Shown here in pieces: positions 10,378 through 18,307 of a DNA stretch of 64,000 bases (within the stretch, counting starts at the first letter, position 1; every line of letters begins with the position of its first letter). Location: the NCBI GenBank assembly GCA_041663005.1, contig JBAZRK010000002.1:128740-192739 (forward strand). Direction: 5' to 3'. The notes beneath the pieces were generated by a model. That model worked only from the letters and a program-made list of their open reading frames with translations, was not told the origin of the DNA and ran no database searches. A program made the position numbers and the translations under genes. Origin of the DNA: Minisyncoccota bacterium. GTDB taxonomy: Bacteria; Patescibacteriota; Minisyncoccia; Phycocordibacterales; UBA9973.

Positions 10378-12915
10378 TTACTCGCTAATTTTGAAGGTAG
10401 TTGTGGTTTCTCCTCTATTGTATATTTTGTCGTAGTAAACTATTTTAAGTTCATTCACCACTTGGAGATTTTCTAGGTTTTGTGGGGTGAAAGAGTAGTT
10501 AAATGGTGGAGTAAGGTTATCCATATATATATCATTAATAAACACATCCACCTTCTCAATTGGGTAAGAGCCTAAGTTTTTTAATAAAAGAGATATTTTC
10601 TGATCCTGTGGATACACAGCGTCATTCTTTGGAGAAATTATGGACATTTGAGACCTGCTAACTCCGGTATGAATGTCATCAGCCCCAACTGGTTTATCAG
10701 CCCAGGCGGTTACGGGGTACTTCAATTTGTTCTGTGCCCACCAGTTCTGAACGGCAGTTTCCCAGTTGTTAAATTGATAGTCATTCCCGGGATTCACTGG
10801 AGCCGGGCCGGTTATGTCTTTTCTATCTACCCAGTACAGTATTGAATGGACATTGGTGACAACTCTCTCTTCACGGGTCTCAAGTGGTGTGTCGGCGGTA
10901 GCAAGCTTGCCCGAAATTTTATCAATGAAGAAGCTCTCACCCCCCTGCCAATATCCACGGAGGACGGGCTTGGTGGTGAGAGGGTCTACTTCAAGGTTTG
11001 GTTCTTCAAAGGTTTCGTTCGGCACAACCTTCAGAGCCTCATTCATAAATTTATTCCAAATAGGACCTGCAAGGGCTGCACCACCTTTTCGCATAGGAGT
11101 GTTGTCGTTGTTTCCAGCCCAAACCCCCACTACAACGGAAGGAGTATAGCCTATTGTCCAGGCGTCCTTGTTGTTGTTGGTGGTTCCGGTTTTTACAGCA
11201 ACATCCCTACCTGGTATATTTAAAACCGAGTTAGCCCCAAACGTAGGGATACGTGCAGAGTTATCAGACAATATGTCGGAAATAATTAAAGCGGTATTTT
11301 TCGGCAGGACTTCCCGAGGAGCTGGAGTAAATTCTTCTAAAACTTGCCCTGTCGAATTCTCAACTTTTATAATTCCAGTGTAAGAATTCTTCATTCCGCT
11401 ATTGGCAAATACTCCATAAGCCGTAGTCATGTCGAGGAGGGACACTTCACCGCCTCCGATAACCAATGTCAGACCGTATCTACCAGGGTCACCGAGGGTG
11501 CTGATCCCCATATTCTCGGCAGTGCGCAGGGCGTCTATAGTACCAGCTAAATAAAACAATTTTACTGCGGGAATGTTGATTGACTGAGCTAAGGCGTCTC
11601 GGAGTTTCATTGGGCCTCGAAAAGCGCCGTCATAGTTTTGAGGCATATAACAATCTGATGCACTTCGTCCACCCTTCGGTCGCCCATACGGGTCGCAGGT
11701 TGATTGAAATTCTGTAGGTACATCGAAGAGTACTGTGTCCTCTGTAAAGCCCTTATTGAAGGCCGTAGCGTAAATGAAGGGCTTAAAGGAGGATCCTGGC
11801 TGGCGGGCGGCGGTGGCCACGTTGAAATTGCCATCAATTGCTTTATCGAAATAATCTCTCGAGCCTACCATTGTAAGTATTTGTCCGGTCTTGGGGTCTA
11901 TGGCCACAAGCGCAGCATTTTTACCATTCCAGCTCTTCTCGTTTTCAAGTGCGCCTTCACGCACAAACTCTTCAGCTTTCGCCTGAAGTTCAGCATCAAT
12001 TGTGGTTATTACTTTAAGTCCACCGTTTTCCACCATGTCGGCTCCGTACTTCTCTTCCAGATATTCCCTAATAAAAAATACAAAATGAGGGGCTTTAATT
12101 CCCGCAGTTGCCTGTGGTACAAACGTTACCACCTCACTTTTAGCGGAATTGTATTCTTCCTCGGTTATAAATTTCAACTCAAGCATCCTGCGCAATACCA
12201 AATTTTTCCTAGATTCTAGGCGGTCTTTATGTTTCCCGTAAGGGGAGAGCACTGTCGGAGACTGGGGAATAGAAGCAAGGTAGGCTGCCTCGGCGAGCGT
12301 AAGGTCGAGAGCACCCTTGTTGAAGTAAGTATTCGCGGCGGCCTCGATGCCGTAGATGGTGCCGCCATAAGGAACCTCGTTCAAATAATATTCCAAAATT
12401 TCTTCTTTCGACATTACCCGTTCAATTTTCACTGCGAGAACCCACTCCTTAATCTTGCGTATATACCTGTCGAGACCTTGTTCCGAGCTAAGCAAAGTAT
12501 TTTTTACCAACTGTTGCGTTATCGTCGAGCCACCTCCACCTATCCCTATGTGCGTTAGGTTGGATAGCACCGCACGCATTGTAGAAGTTATGCGGATGCC
12601 GTGGTGGTTGTAAAATTCCGAGTCCTCAATGGCGACAGTGGCGTTCTTGATATTCGGGCTCATTTTGTCGAAAGTCACATTGGTGCGTTTGATGTCTTGG
12701 TGGATGTCATAGAGGAGCACTTGGCCTGTGCGGTCGTATATTTTTGTTGAGTTAGCAATTTTGCGAGCGTCGAAGGAATTAAAGTCGGGAATTTTCATCG
12801 AAAACAAAAACAGAACTACGAGTCCAGATATTAATATTGCCCCGCTCCCCAGAAGAAGGGCGGTATTTTTAAGTAGTTTTTTATTTTTGTGCACTTTTTT
12901 CAGGAATTTAAGCAT
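10378..12915 (-). CDS. class A penicillin-binding protein (PBP1A family)
   Basis: EDSEFYNHHG, GGSTITQQLVKN, QPGSSFKPF, SIN, KTGT motifs. Confidence 0.95.
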   Translation of the reverse strand: MLKFLKKVHKNKKLLKNTALLLGSGAILISGLVVLFLFSMKIPDFNSFDARKIANSTKIYDRTGQVLLYDIHQDIKRTNVTFDKMSPNIKNATVAIEDSEFYNHHGIRITSTMRAVLSNLTHIGIGGGGSTITQQLVKNTLLSSEQGLDRYIRKIKEWVLAVKIERVMSKEEILEYYLNEVPYGGTIYGIEAAANTYFNKGALDLTLAEAAYLASIPQSPTVLSPYGKHKDRLESRKNLVLRRMLELKFITEEEYNSAKSEVVTFVPQATAGIKAPHFVFFIREYLEEKYGADMVENGGLKVITTIDAELQAKAEEFVREGALENEKSWNGKNAALVAIDPKTGQILTMVGSRDYFDKAIDGNFNVATAARQPGSSFKPFIYATAFNKGFTEDTVLFDVPTEFQSTCDPYGRPKGGRSASDCYMPQNYDGAFRGPMKLRDALAQSINIPAVKLFYLAGTIDALRTAENMGISTLGDPGRYGLTLVIGGGEVSLLDMTTAYGVFANSGMKNSYTGIIKVENSTGQVLEEFTPAPREVLPKNTALIISDILSDNSARIPTFGANSVLNIPGRDVAVKTGTTNNNKDAWTIGYTPSVVVGVWAGNNDNTPMRKGGAALAGPIWNKFMNEALKVVPNETFEEPNLEVDPLTTKPVLRGYWQGGESFFIDKISGKLATADTPLETREERVVTNVHSILYWVDRKDITGPAPVNPGNDYQFNNWETAVQNWWAQNKLKYPVTAWADKPVGADDIHTGVSRSQMSIISPKNDAVYPQDQKISLLLKNLGSYPIEKVDVFINDIYMDNLTPPFNYSFTPQNLENLQVVNELKIVYYDKIYNRGETTTTFKISE

Positions 12916-12955
12916 ACTTAATCATAGCAGAAAATGTGTTATAATCGAAGACAAT

Positions 12956-14140
12956 ATGAAAGCCGTAGCACAGGGGGACAAAATAACAGAGTTACTTACC
13001 CGTGGAGTAGACAAAATATATCCTTCACGCGAAGCGCTCGAAGAAGCCCTTCGCTCCGGCAAAAAACTCAAGCTCTACCAAGGCTTCGACCCGACAGGCG
13101 ACAAGCTTCACCTCGGGCATATGGTTGGCCTCCGTAAACACAGACAGTGGCAAGATTTAGGCCACGAAGTAATATTCCTCATTGGTGACGGCACCGGGCA
13201 AGCAGGAGACCCCACCGGCAAGAAGAAAACCCGAGAGAAATTTTTCACTCAAGAAGAATTACGCGCGAATGCTAAAGGTTATTTAGAACAAGCTTCTAAA
13301 ATAGTGCGCTTTGGTGGCGAGAACCCGATCAAGATTCTTTATAACGGCGACTGGCTTAACAAGCTTACTCTGCCGGAAATTTTAAATATCCTGGGAAATT
13401 TTTCGGAGCAACAGCTAGTAGAACGGGATATGTTTCAAGAACGTTTAAAAAAACAAGAAGAAATTAATATGCGGGAATTTATGTACCCAGTACTTCAGGC
13501 CTACGATTCTGTGGCGATGGAAGTCGACTTGGAGCTTGGCGGCTCTGATCAGACATTCAATATGCTCGCGGGGCGGACATTAATGAAAAAAATGAAAGGC
13601 AAGGAAAAGTTTGTGATGACTACGCCACTACTTTCTGATTCAAAAGGAGTAAAAATTGGAAAAACAGAAGGTAACGTCATAGGCCTCACCGACGAACCTA
13701 ATGATTTGTTTGGGAAAATTATGTCTTTGGGTGACGACGCAATTATTCCGATGTTTACCTTACTTACTGATGTGCCGACAGAAGAAATAAAAACTTTTAA
13801 TCTAAAAAAGGATGCGATGATGCTCAAAAAGAAGGTAGCAAAGATTCTAGTAGCAACCCTACACTCAGAAAAGGAAGCGCAGGAAGCCGAAGATAGCTTC
13901 AGCAATACTTTTCAGAAAAAAGAAATTCCCGAAGAAGTCGAGGAGATAAAATTAGGTAAAAATTTACTCGACACCCTAGTATCAAGCAAGGTGGCTCTGT
14001 CTACCTCTGCCGCGCGCCGACTTCTCGAAGAAGGGGCAATTACAGATATGACCGACAACAAGAAAATCTCGCTCAAGAGTGAATTAATCCCCGGGCACGT
14101 GTATCGAGTGGGCAAACACAAGTTCATAAAAATAAAATAG
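12956..14140 (+). CDS. tyrS: tyrosine--tRNA ligase
   Basis: GFDPT, HLGH, YPVLQAYD, GGSDQ, KIGKT (KMSKS variant); start reassigned to ATG 12956. Confidence 0.95.
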   Translation: MKAVAQGDKITELLTRGVDKIYPSREALEEALRSGKKLKLYQGFDPTGDKLHLGHMVGLRKHRQWQDLGHEVIFLIGDGTGQAGDPTGKKKTREKFFTQEELRANAKGYLEQASKIVRFGGENPIKILYNGDWLNKLTLPEILNILGNFSEQQLVERDMFQERLKKQEEINMREFMYPVLQAYDSVAMEVDLELGGSDQTFNMLAGRTLMKKMKGKEKFVMTTPLLSDSKGVKIGKTEGNVIGLTDEPNDLFGKIMSLGDDAIIPMFTLLTDVPTEEIKTFNLKKDAMMLKKKVAKILVATLHSEKEAQEAEDSFSNTFQKKEIPEEVEEIKLGKNLLDTLVSSKVALSTSAARRLLEEGAITDMTDNKKISLKSELIPGHVYRVGKHKFIKIK

Positions 14141-14162
14141 CCCCGAGCGGGGCTATTTTATT
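14131..14162. terminator. bidirectional intrinsic terminator
   Basis: AATAAAATAGCCCC-GAGC-GGGGCTATTTTATT between convergent genes. Confidence 0.85.
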
Positions 14163-14292
14163 AATGAAACCTATCGTCCGGATCGTAACTATCTTCGTCC
14201 TCTAACGCGATTCCTGCCTCTAAATCTATATCGGCGTCGTCAGTCATTTCGAAGGTGTCATCGTCCGTGACATTTTCGTCCTCATCGTGCAT
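14161..14292 (-). CDS. small very acidic protein (43 aa)
   Basis: Manual translation MHDEDENVTDDDTFEMTDDADIDLEAGIALEDEDSYDPDDRFH*; ends at terminator. Confidence 0.65.
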   Translation of the reverse strand: MHDEDENVTDDDTFEMTDDADIDLEAGIALEDEDSYDPDDRFH

Positions 14293-14368
14293 ATAAAAGC
14301 GATGTTTATATTAGCAAGCTTATAATGCCTACTTTGTATCAAATAAAGAAATACTCTGCAATAGAATA

Positions 14369-14377
14369 TGTGGATAA
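14369..14377 (-). promoter_or_regulatory. DnaA box
   Basis: TGTGGATAA, perfect box on the minus strand. Confidence 0.55.
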
Positions 14378-14401
14378 CCCTTCGATAAACAGAGAGCAGG
14401 T

Positions 14402-14908
14402 TTAGCGCAGGTGGGCCAGGCCGGTTATGGCTATGGCGATGGCGTCGAGTTCGTCATCGGACTCCCGCCCGACCGAAAGGTTTCGGCCGTTCGGGCGGGT
14501 TTTAGGAGTAATGTCTACCAGCATTTTTACCATTTTGATTATCTGAGCCTTGTCGGATTTGCCATAACCCGTAGTGGCTATTTTGATTTGCGGAGGAGAG
14601 GCTTCGAAAATTCTAAGCCCAGCCCGAGCCGCCTCGTACATTACCACCCCGCGAGCTTCAGCGACGCGCATTACTGTCTTCTGGTTGGTGGTGAGAAATA
14701 AAGTCTCTATCGCTAGAACCCCAGGCTTGTATTTTTTAATTACCGCGCGGACTTCTTCACCTATCAAATTTAACCTTTCACTGAATTCTAACTTCGCGGA
14801 TGTTTTAAAACATTCGGAAAATAAAACAACCTCCTTACCGCGTGCCGATTTCTCGAGTACAGCAACGCCTAGCCTTTCAAACCCGGGATCAATTCCTAAA
14901 ATTATCAT
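14402..14908 (-). CDS. ruvC: Holliday junction resolvase RuvC
   Basis: ILGIDPG, AIETLF, TGYGKSDKAQI, DDELDAIAIA. Confidence 0.96.
   Translation of the reverse strand: MIILGIDPGFERLGVAVLEKSARGKEVVLFSECFKTSAKLEFSERLNLIGEEVRAVIKKYKPGVLAIETLFLTTNQKTVMRVAEARGVVMYEAARAGLRIFEASPPQIKIATTGYGKSDKAQIIKMVKMLVDITPKTRPNGRNLSVGRESDDELDAIAIAITGLAHLR
14464..14499. repeat. 36-bp palindrome in frame in ruvC
   Basis: CCCGCCCGA-CCGAAAGGTTTCGG-CCGT-TCGGGCGGG. Confidence 0.85.
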
Positions 14909-14985
14909 TCCGTTAGAAGCAGGTCGCGGTCAAACCGTGACTACTTAATATTTTATAATAATAGCGACCGCGGCTTCTAACGGAA
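14908..14985. repeat. intergenic inverted-repeat element abutting the ruvC start
   Basis: TTCCGTTAGAAGC...CGCGGTC...GACCGCG-GCTTCTAACGGAA. Confidence 0.8.
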
Positions 14986-14993
14986 ATCATAAA

Positions 14994-15530
14994 TTATTCC
15001 GCGTTAGTATAAACATCTTGTACGTCATCATTTTCTTCCAGTTCTTCCACTAATTTATCCAACATTGCCAAATCTTCGTCGGAGAGAGGAATAGTATTCG
15101 TAGGTTTCCAGACTAAACCTTCAGGAGTTATCTCTTTTTGAAACGCCCAAGTCACCGAACCTATTGCGCCCAAGTTGAAACCGTTTTTCGTGAGTGTGTG
15201 CTTAATGTCTTGCACGGTTCTGTTCTTACTGTCGGTTAGAGTTTCAATAATTATTCCAACTCCGCCTGGGCCGTGAGCTTCGTAGTGTATCGCATCCATA
15301 TGCGCACCCGGTTCGCTCGCTTTCTTCACCGCGCGCTCGATGTTGTCTGCCGGCATATTTACTTTTTTCGCTTTTTCAATCGCTGCGCGGAGCCCCGGGC
15401 TATCTTTTCCACCCGAAAGTTTTGCTTCTACAGAAATGAAACGTACCAGCTTGGAGAAAATTTTGCTTTTCTTCGCATCCGTAATTCCCTTTTGTCTTTT
15501 GATTTGTGTCCAGCGATTATGTCCCGACAT
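14994..15530 (-). CDS. yebC: YebC/PmpR family protein (short form)
   Basis: MSGHNRWTQIKRQKG, YEAHGPGGV, DDVQDVYTN. Confidence 0.93.
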   Translation of the reverse strand: MSGHNRWTQIKRQKGITDAKKSKIFSKLVRFISVEAKLSGGKDSPGLRAAIEKAKKVNMPADNIERAVKKASEPGAHMDAIHYEAHGPGGVGIIIETLTDSKNRTVQDIKHTLTKNGFNLGAIGSVTWAFQKEITPEGLVWKPTNTIPLSDEDLAMLDKLVEELEENDDVQDVYTNAE

Positions 15531-16350
15531 GGTTTATTAAGGTTAGTACTTTTAATGCATCACCCTTTCTTTTTTCATGCTTTAAATAAGGAAGCAGGTT
15601 AGAAATTATTTTACCTAAATCTCTTTTATTATACACGAATACACCATAAACATCCTTATTTGATTTTACACCATTTTTTACGGAACCAGCCGCCCTGACA
15701 AATTGCAAACGTGTTTTTACTCCAATACGTGGCAGTATTTTCGACTGTATTTGCGCCATTGTATGCTTATCTTGGGTTTTTATAGAAAACACAGGTTGAT
15801 TTCGATAATTAATTGAAAATGTTCCCTCAGCATCTACATACCCTGCAAAAAAAGCCAAAGCGGTATTTCTTTTACCTAAAATTTCCTTAGGTACTCCACC
15901 GGCTTTATTTATTAAAAAAGAAAAAGAATTGTTTAAATAACACCTTATATTCACAGCACCTTGTTTATCTGGGCCGATTTCTTTTACGTGGCCGTATTTA
16001 CAAAATAAATCCCTAACAAGACTTAATTGTTCTAATTTGCCACTGTTGGTGCTGGCACGAATGGTTGGGCTATCGGGGTGGGTTTTACTGATATATAAAT
16101 CACCATATCTAAATCCCAAAAGATAAGCTTTTTCTTCAGGTGATCCGCAGAAATCTTTTCGCGGGTATTTAGGGGGAGTTAATGCCTTGCCTTGTTGGAT
16201 TGTTCTGGTAGGAATACGAAAAAGTTTTAGTTTTTTCATTACCAAAGCCTGGCTGCAATTCAACTGCTTGCTTATTTGGTAGGAGCTGAGTTTCTTCTTT
16301 AGATACAAATCGAGTAACACACTTTTTTGGATGTTTATAAAGCTGGGCAC
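15517..16350 (-). CDS. HTH + LAGLIDADG homing-endonuclease-like protein
   Basis: N-terminal HTH (LSSYQISKQLNCS); motifs AYLLGFRYGD and FFAGYVDAEG; AT-rich. Confidence 0.8.
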   Translation of the reverse strand: MPSFINIQKSVLLDLYLKKKLSSYQISKQLNCSQALVMKKLKLFRIPTRTIQQGKALTPPKYPRKDFCGSPEEKAYLLGFRYGDLYISKTHPDSPTIRASTNSGKLEQLSLVRDLFCKYGHVKEIGPDKQGAVNIRCYLNNSFSFLINKAGGVPKEILGKRNTALAFFAGYVDAEGTFSINYRNQPVFSIKTQDKHTMAQIQSKILPRIGVKTRLQFVRAAGSVKNGVKSNKDVYGVFVYNKRDLGKIISNLLPYLKHEKRKGDALKVLTLINHVGT

Positions 16351-16668
16351 AAACTAAGTATACCATAAAACTTAACAGGTTACTCTGTGCATAACCCTAC
16401 TTGTTTTTCATTTACATATATTGCACTATTGTCCTTATCGAGACTCAGCAGCACAACGAGCTCGATAGGGGCGCTTGCTCCACATTTGGTACCGCTACGG
16501 ATAAAGGACCGTGGCACATTAAGGTCGTCAGTTTTAGGAGACGACCGAGTTCTTTCAAAGAGGCGTGCGACGCGTAGTCGCACATACGATTCACACTTAA
16601 GTTCTTTCCGCACGAAAAGCCAGGCGGTGGCAACACTGGCACTGGCGATCCCTGAGCTAGGAGGCTCT

Positions 16669-16764
16669 ATGAATCGCATTGCCCATCGGTTCAAGACCCC
16701 GTTCTTCATGCTGGCGATGATGCTCGTCGCGGCGCCGGCAGCCACTTCGAAGAAGACGTTCTGA
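16669..16764 (+). CDS. candidate 31-aa hydrophobic peptide
   Basis: AGGAGG at 16659-16664 then MNRIAHRFKTPFFMLAMMLVAAPAATSKKTF*. Confidence 0.45.
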   Translation: MNRIAHRFKTPFFMLAMMLVAAPAATSKKTF

Positions 16765-16869
16765 TCCACCGGTGCGGAAAAGCGCTGGAGCTTGCTCTCC
16801 AGCTGGCGGTGGGGACCTTCGGGTCCCCACCCACCCAAAATCTTCGGATTTTGGCATTACATCAAAACG

Positions 16870-16914
16870 GCTTAGTAATTTTTCTTTTCTAAAGAGAAAT
16901 TGCTAAGCTTTTTT
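16870..16914 (+). terminator. intrinsic terminator-like hairpin
   Basis: GCTTAGTAATTTTTCTTT-TCT-AAAGAGAAATTGCTAAGC followed by T run. Confidence 0.6.
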
Positions 16915-16956
16915 CGTTCTTATCATTCTTGACGACCAGATAAAAGTGATAAGAAG

Positions 16957-18024
16957 CTATATTAGTTTTTCTTGCCCTTTTTTCAAATCGAACCCGAGAT
17001 GTTCGTATGCTTTATTTGTAGCTACCCGTCCGCGAGGGGAGCGTTCGAGGAGGCCGAGCTGGAGGAGGTAAGGTTCAATGACTTCTTCCACGGTGGCTTC
17101 CTCTTCAGACATTGCCGCCGCGATAGTTTTGAGGCCGACGGGCCCGCCGTTAAACTTTTCAATTAAAACTTCCAAGAATTTTCTATCATTTTGATTAAGG
17201 CCTATCTCATCTACCGCGAGCATATTTAACGCCCCCACAGCAATTTTTTTACTAATTACCATTTTTTTACCTGCCCCGAGCGAAGTCGAGGGGTGTACTT
17301 GCGCGTAGTCGCGAACGCGTTTTAGGAAGTAGTTCGCCGTACGTGGAGTGAATCTACTTCTCTTTGCGATTTCTTCTAGCGCTTCCTTTTCTAATTCTGC
17401 TTCGAGGAGTTTGCTCGAGCGTTCGATAATTTTTGCAATTTCTTCATTGGAATAAAATTCCAAACGGAAAACTCCTCCAGAGAAACGGGAACGAAGAGGG
17501 GAGGAAACTAGAGCAACGCGCGTAGTTGCTGCGATGAGAGTAAACGGCGGCAGGTCGAGCTGGATGGTGCGCGCAGATGGACCCTTGCCTATAATAATGT
17601 CGAGGACTCCGGACTCCATAGCTGGGTAGAGAATTTCCTCCACCATTTTATTCAAGCGGTGGATTTCGTCTATGAAAAGGATGTCGCCGGGGGCAAGGTT
17701 GGTGAGGATTGAGGCTAAATCACCCACTTTTTCAATAGCGGGCCCGGAAGTTATTTTCATCTGCTTGCCAGTTTCCTTGGCTATGAGGTGGGCGAGAGTA
17801 GTTTTCCCTAAGCCCGGAGGCCCGTAGAAAAGTATGTGCTCCGGAATATGCCCGCGCTCTTCGGCGGCGCGGAGGAGGATTTTAACATTGTCTTTTATAT
17901 GTTTTTGACCGATGTAGTCGTCCCAGCGGGTAGGGCGGAGAGTTTGATCGAGAAAAGAGTCCGTATTCCCGTTCGTTTTTGGTGCTTCAGGAGCAGCTGT
18001 TTTGTGGGTTTTAGTACTTGACAT
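16957..18024 (-). CDS. ruvB: Holliday junction helicase RuvB
   Basis: LRP, GPPGLGKTTLA, TSGP, FIDEIHR, ATTR, EPYL. Confidence 0.98.
   Translation of the reverse strand: MSSTKTHKTAAPEAPKTNGNTDSFLDQTLRPTRWDDYIGQKHIKDNVKILLRAAEERGHIPEHILFYGPPGLGKTTLAHLIAKETGKQMKITSGPAIEKVGDLASILTNLAPGDILFIDEIHRLNKMVEEILYPAMESGVLDIIIGKGPSARTIQLDLPPFTLIAATTRVALVSSPLRSRFSGGVFRLEFYSNEEIAKIIERSSKLLEAELEKEALEEIAKRSRFTPRTANYFLKRVRDYAQVHPSTSLGAGKKMVISKKIAVGALNMLAVDEIGLNQNDRKFLEVLIEKFNGGPVGLKTIAAAMSEEEATVEEVIEPYLLQLGLLERSPRGRVATNKAYEHLGFDLKKGQEKLI
17270..17293. repeat. 24-bp palindromic element in frame in ruvB (PSTSLGAG)
   Basis: CCTGCCCCGAGCGAAGTCGAGGGG. Confidence 0.8.
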
Positions 18025-18147
18025 TATATTAAGAATATGCTATACTCTATTTATGTACCTTTATCAACAGGGTATTAACATAGCTATCAACATTATAGCA
18101 TTTGTGCGATTACGCACATAGTATAATTCTTTTAGTGAGTTAGTTTG

Positions 18148-18305
18148 AAAAGAAGGCATTAATCTCTAAGCGATCAGCCACAGGTTATACAAAATTGCGT
18201 AGGACGTTCTGGTACTATTTATAGTCCACTGGGTCCATCCTATAATATTTTGTTACTTCTGGAACCAAGTTCTGGAAGGATTGTTTAGAGATTAATGCTT
18301 TTTTT
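18148..18305 (+). ncRNA. candidate 6S-like RNA (long irregular hairpin)
   Basis: 20-bp closing stem GCATTAATCTCTAAGCGATC/GATTGTTTAGAGATTAATGC, internal bubble, inner stems; TATAAT at 18122. Confidence 0.5.
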
Positions 18306-18307
18306 AT

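Noticed and set aside
12728-12955. N-terminal extension of tyrS in ORF track
   Set aside because: Overlaps the PBP gene; ATG 12956 follows a -10 box
16380-16838. Overlapping 152-aa (-) and 125-aa (+) ORFs
   Set aside because: No motifs and they run through stable hairpins; only the SD-led last 31 codons look plausible
16431-16955. RNase P RNA, tmRNA, SRP RNA or group I intron
   Set aside because: No GAGGAAAGUCC, no tRNA-like ends or Ala-ending tag, no SRP loop, and no interrupted host gene or P7 core seen
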